This document shows positions 61,700 through 64,000 of a stretch of 64,000 bases of DNA, piece after piece; position 1 is the first letter of the stretch, and each line of letters starts with the position of its first letter. Under the pieces are notes generated by a model. That model had not been told where the DNA came from. It made no database searches and worked only from the letters and a program-made list of their open reading frames with translations. The DNA comes from an uncultured bacterium. Its GTDB lineage: Bacteria > Verrucomicrobiota > Verrucomicrobiia > Limisphaerales > UBA8199. A program made the translations under genes and the position numbers. The stretch lies in assembly GCA_963749495.1 (NCBI GenBank), contig CAVVMW010000023.1:64001-128000 (forward strand). Reading direction: 5' to 3'.

Positions 61700-62926
61700 A
61701 TGATGGAACCGACGATTCTGACGGTGGACGACGACCGGGTAACCCGCTTCATCGTCAGCGCAACCTTCCGGTCCTTTGCCTGCAGGGTGCTTGACGCCGC
61801 CGACGGGGTGGAAGGTCTGGCCATGGCCGAGCGGGAGCACCCGGACCTGATTATTCTGGACCACAATATGCCGGTCATGGACGGGGTCGAAACGCTGAGC
61901 CGGCTCAAGGCGGACCTGGCGCTGCGGAAGATTCCGGTGCTGATGCTCACCGCCCACTCGCATCGACAGACCGTCATGCGATTATTGGAACTCGGGGTCA
62001 AAGATTACGTAGTCAAACCCTTTACGCCGGAGCGAATCCTGGAGCGGGTCAGGCGCATCATCGAGCTCAAGCCGCGTGGGGAACCGACCGTCGGGTCCAA
62101 GCGGGCTCTGTGGACTGAGGCGCTGGCGCGCGCGCCGGGCGAGCCGCAGGCCCAATGGACCGCCGGGGCCAAGCGCTCGGACCAGCCGTTGCGAATCCTG
62201 GTCGTCGATGATAAGCCGGCCATCGTCGGGCTCATCCAGAACGGACTCGCGGGAACGGCCTGGCAGGTGCAGGCAGTCAGCCACCCCATCGAGGCGCTGG
62301 AGGCCTGCAAGCAGACCCTGCCGGATCTCATGCTGATCAGCCTGTCATTGCCCGAAGGGGCCGGGTTCACGCTGTTTCGCATGTTGCGCGCCAGCGCAGA
62401 GACCAAGCTGCTCCCGATTCTGGCGCTGAGCGTCAAGACTGCCACGGAGGAGCAGACCCAGGCGCAGCAACTGGGTTTTACGGGCATTGTGACCAAGCCC
62501 ATCGAGGTGGCTGCTCTCCGGCACGAGATCGTCCGGGTGCTGGGGCTGGACACTTCACACCAGTACTTCCAGGAGCGCGACAACGCGCTGCTGTTGAGTT
62601 TGCCAGCGGCTTTGAATCAGGATGTTGCCGCAGAGGTCGCCACCCACCTGCGCCAAAAGGTCCGCGATGCGGTGGATGCCGGGCTGGGCTGGCTCGTGAT
62701 CGACCTGAGCCAACTCAAGGAGGCCGACTCCACTCTAATCAAGATGGGTCTGGAGGCCATCCTGGTCTGTTCGGAATCCGGCCTGGACTATGCCTTTGTC
62801 GCCTCCGAGGCCCTCGCGCGGGAATGCACCCAGCACGCGGTGGCAAAGAACTGGAAGATTGCCAAGTCGTTCGAGGCCGCAACGGAGGCGGCGTCGCGCG
62901 TGAAAAGGCTAAAGGCTAAAGGCTGA
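61700..62926 (+). CDS. Response regulator with two receiver domains and a STAS-like C-terminus
   Basis: TVDDD..LDHNMPVMDG..VVKPF; VVDDK..ISLSLP..VTKPI; LVIDLSQL. Confidence 0.88.
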   Translation: MMEPTILTVDDDRVTRFIVSATFRSFACRVLDAADGVEGLAMAEREHPDLIILDHNMPVMDGVETLSRLKADLALRKIPVLMLTAHSHRQTVMRLLELGVKDYVVKPFTPERILERVRRIIELKPRGEPTVGSKRALWTEALARAPGEPQAQWTAGAKRSDQPLRILVVDDKPAIVGLIQNGLAGTAWQVQAVSHPIEALEACKQTLPDLMLISLSLPEGAGFTLFRMLRASAETKLLPILALSVKTATEEQTQAQQLGFTGIVTKPIEVAALRHEIVRVLGLDTSHQYFQERDNALLLSLPAALNQDVAAEVATHLRQKVRDAVDAGLGWLVIDLSQLKEADSTLIKMGLEAILVCSESGLDYAFVASEALARECTQHAVAKNWKIAKSFEAATEAASRVKRLKAKG

Positions 62927-62988
62927 AGCGCTGAAGGCCTAAGCCTGAACCAACAAACCAAGAGGTTCCGGCCTCGTCTCCCGTCTCT

Positions 62989-63297
62989 TCACAGCGGCAT
63001 CCCCGCCTCGACCAGCGTTGCAAGCTGGCGGGTGAACACGGACAAGGTCCTGGCCCGGACGCGCGCGCCCAGGCCGCGCACCCGGATGCTGAGCAGGTCG
63101 CGGCCCCCCAGGCCGGCCTTAGGCCCGGGCTCTCTGCGGCAGAGCCGGGGCTTGGGCGCCCGCTTCTCCAGCAACTTGGTCGGAAACAGCCCCATCTCTT
63201 TGATCCGCCGAAGGGCCTCGCCCTGATCCGTCACGTCCAGCGTGCCCCGCGTCTCCAGCCCGTGCGGGTCAATGGCCACATAAGAGTAGTTTGACAT
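62989..63297 (-). pseudogene. Truncated type II secretion / type IV pilus F-family (PilC-like) N-terminal fragment
   Basis: YSYVAIDPHG..GTLD..IKEMGLFP..FTRQLATLVEAGMPL* with no continuation in any frame before the convergent gene. Confidence 0.75.
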
Positions 63298-63379
63298 GCC
63301 GTGCTGCTCATTCCGTGAATTAAACAAAGCCCAGCCGGAGGTGTCACGGTGCCTAAGGTTGTCCCTGATGTCCCTTTGG

Positions 63380-63522
63380 GCGGCTGGCAAAACTGACCTG
63401 TAAGCTCCGATCTCAGACCTTTGTCGCAGCCTTTGTCGCAGCCTTTGTCGCGACCTTTGTCGAGGCCTTTGACGAGATCTGGCCCCTTCGACAAAGGTTG
63501 CGACAAAGGCTGCGACAAAGGT
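63380..63522. repeat. Inverted 12-mer (CGACAAAGG) element with a conserved tail
   Basis: (CCTTTGTCGCAG)x3-4 ... (CGACAAAGGYTG)x3. Confidence 0.9.
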
Positions 63523-63655
63523 CCGGACCCGCCGCTTTGACTTGCCTGTGGCCCTTGAATTGCCTAAAGCTTGCCTGCTGCACGCGCCGCCGCGGGTATT
63601 GGCCCGACGGGGCGGGCGCGGCCACAACTGAATCGAGCAATCCAAACGTTCTTTT

Positions 63656-64000
63656 ATGCCTGCCGCCGCTGCACCCCGAGTCACGCCCACGCTCCAGACC
63701 CTGCCTGGGGACGATATCCGCCAGCTCATGTGGCGCTATGCGGACCGCTACGACCTGGCCATGCTCGTGCAATCGGCGCGGACCGTGGCGCGCGGGCCGG
63801 TGGCCCGGCTGGTGGCCGCCGGCGGCCGCAACTCTCACGAATGGACCGCCCAGAAGGCCGGCCTGCTGGCTGCGTTCGACGAGAGCGGCATCACCTCGGC
63901 CTTCTTGGACCCGGAACAGGGCGGGTTCATCGAGGGCCCCAAGAACCTGGCGTTGGCTCTGATCGCCTTCGAGCTTTCGTGGGTGGACGCCGGGGCGGCC
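63656..64000 (+). CDS. Acyl-CoA dehydrogenase family protein (3'-partial; not in the ORF track)
   Basis: Open to the window end: LQTLPGDDIRQLMWRYADRYDL..GITSAFLDPEQGG..ALIAFELSWVDAGA. Confidence 0.75.
   Translation, partial: MPAAAAPRVTPTLQTLPGDDIRQLMWRYADRYDLAMLVQSARTVARGPVARLVAAGGRNSHEWTAQKAGLLAAFDESGITSAFLDPEQGGFIEGPKNLALALIAFELSWVDAGAA

Overview
GC-rich bacterial chromosomal segment, most likely Verrucomicrobiota (Pedosphaera/Limisphaerales-like). This is inferred from a Gloeo_Verruco repeat protein, ECF sigma factors with long exported tails and an LMW-phosphatase/RpiB/GlyA fusion. It carries housekeeping genes (purN, mgtA, an aa3-type cox operon with ctaA/ctaB, ribBA-ribH, pyrF, argF, RluA, PpiD-like, infC, EF-G2, glyA fusion, rlmI) and several secreted or regulatory proteins. 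About 15 genes, including housekeeping ones, are split by 1-2 nt indels, which points to long-read consensus errors rather than pseudogenes. The most striking unexplained structure is non-coding. There is a dense set of dispersed elements built from inverted short tandem repeats (units of 7, 8, 9, 12 and 14-15 nt) plus at least six REP/REPIN-like palindrome families, several read in frame inside proteins. A ~2 kb island (25.9-28.0 kb) holds a GxxExxY nuclease-fold gene bracketed by 32-bp inverted repeats made of nonamer units, a gene-less sibling of that cassette, and two decayed RAYT (Y1/HUH) transposase elements. No rRNA, tRNA or CRISPR array was recognised. All family assignments are by-eye motif recognition, not database results.
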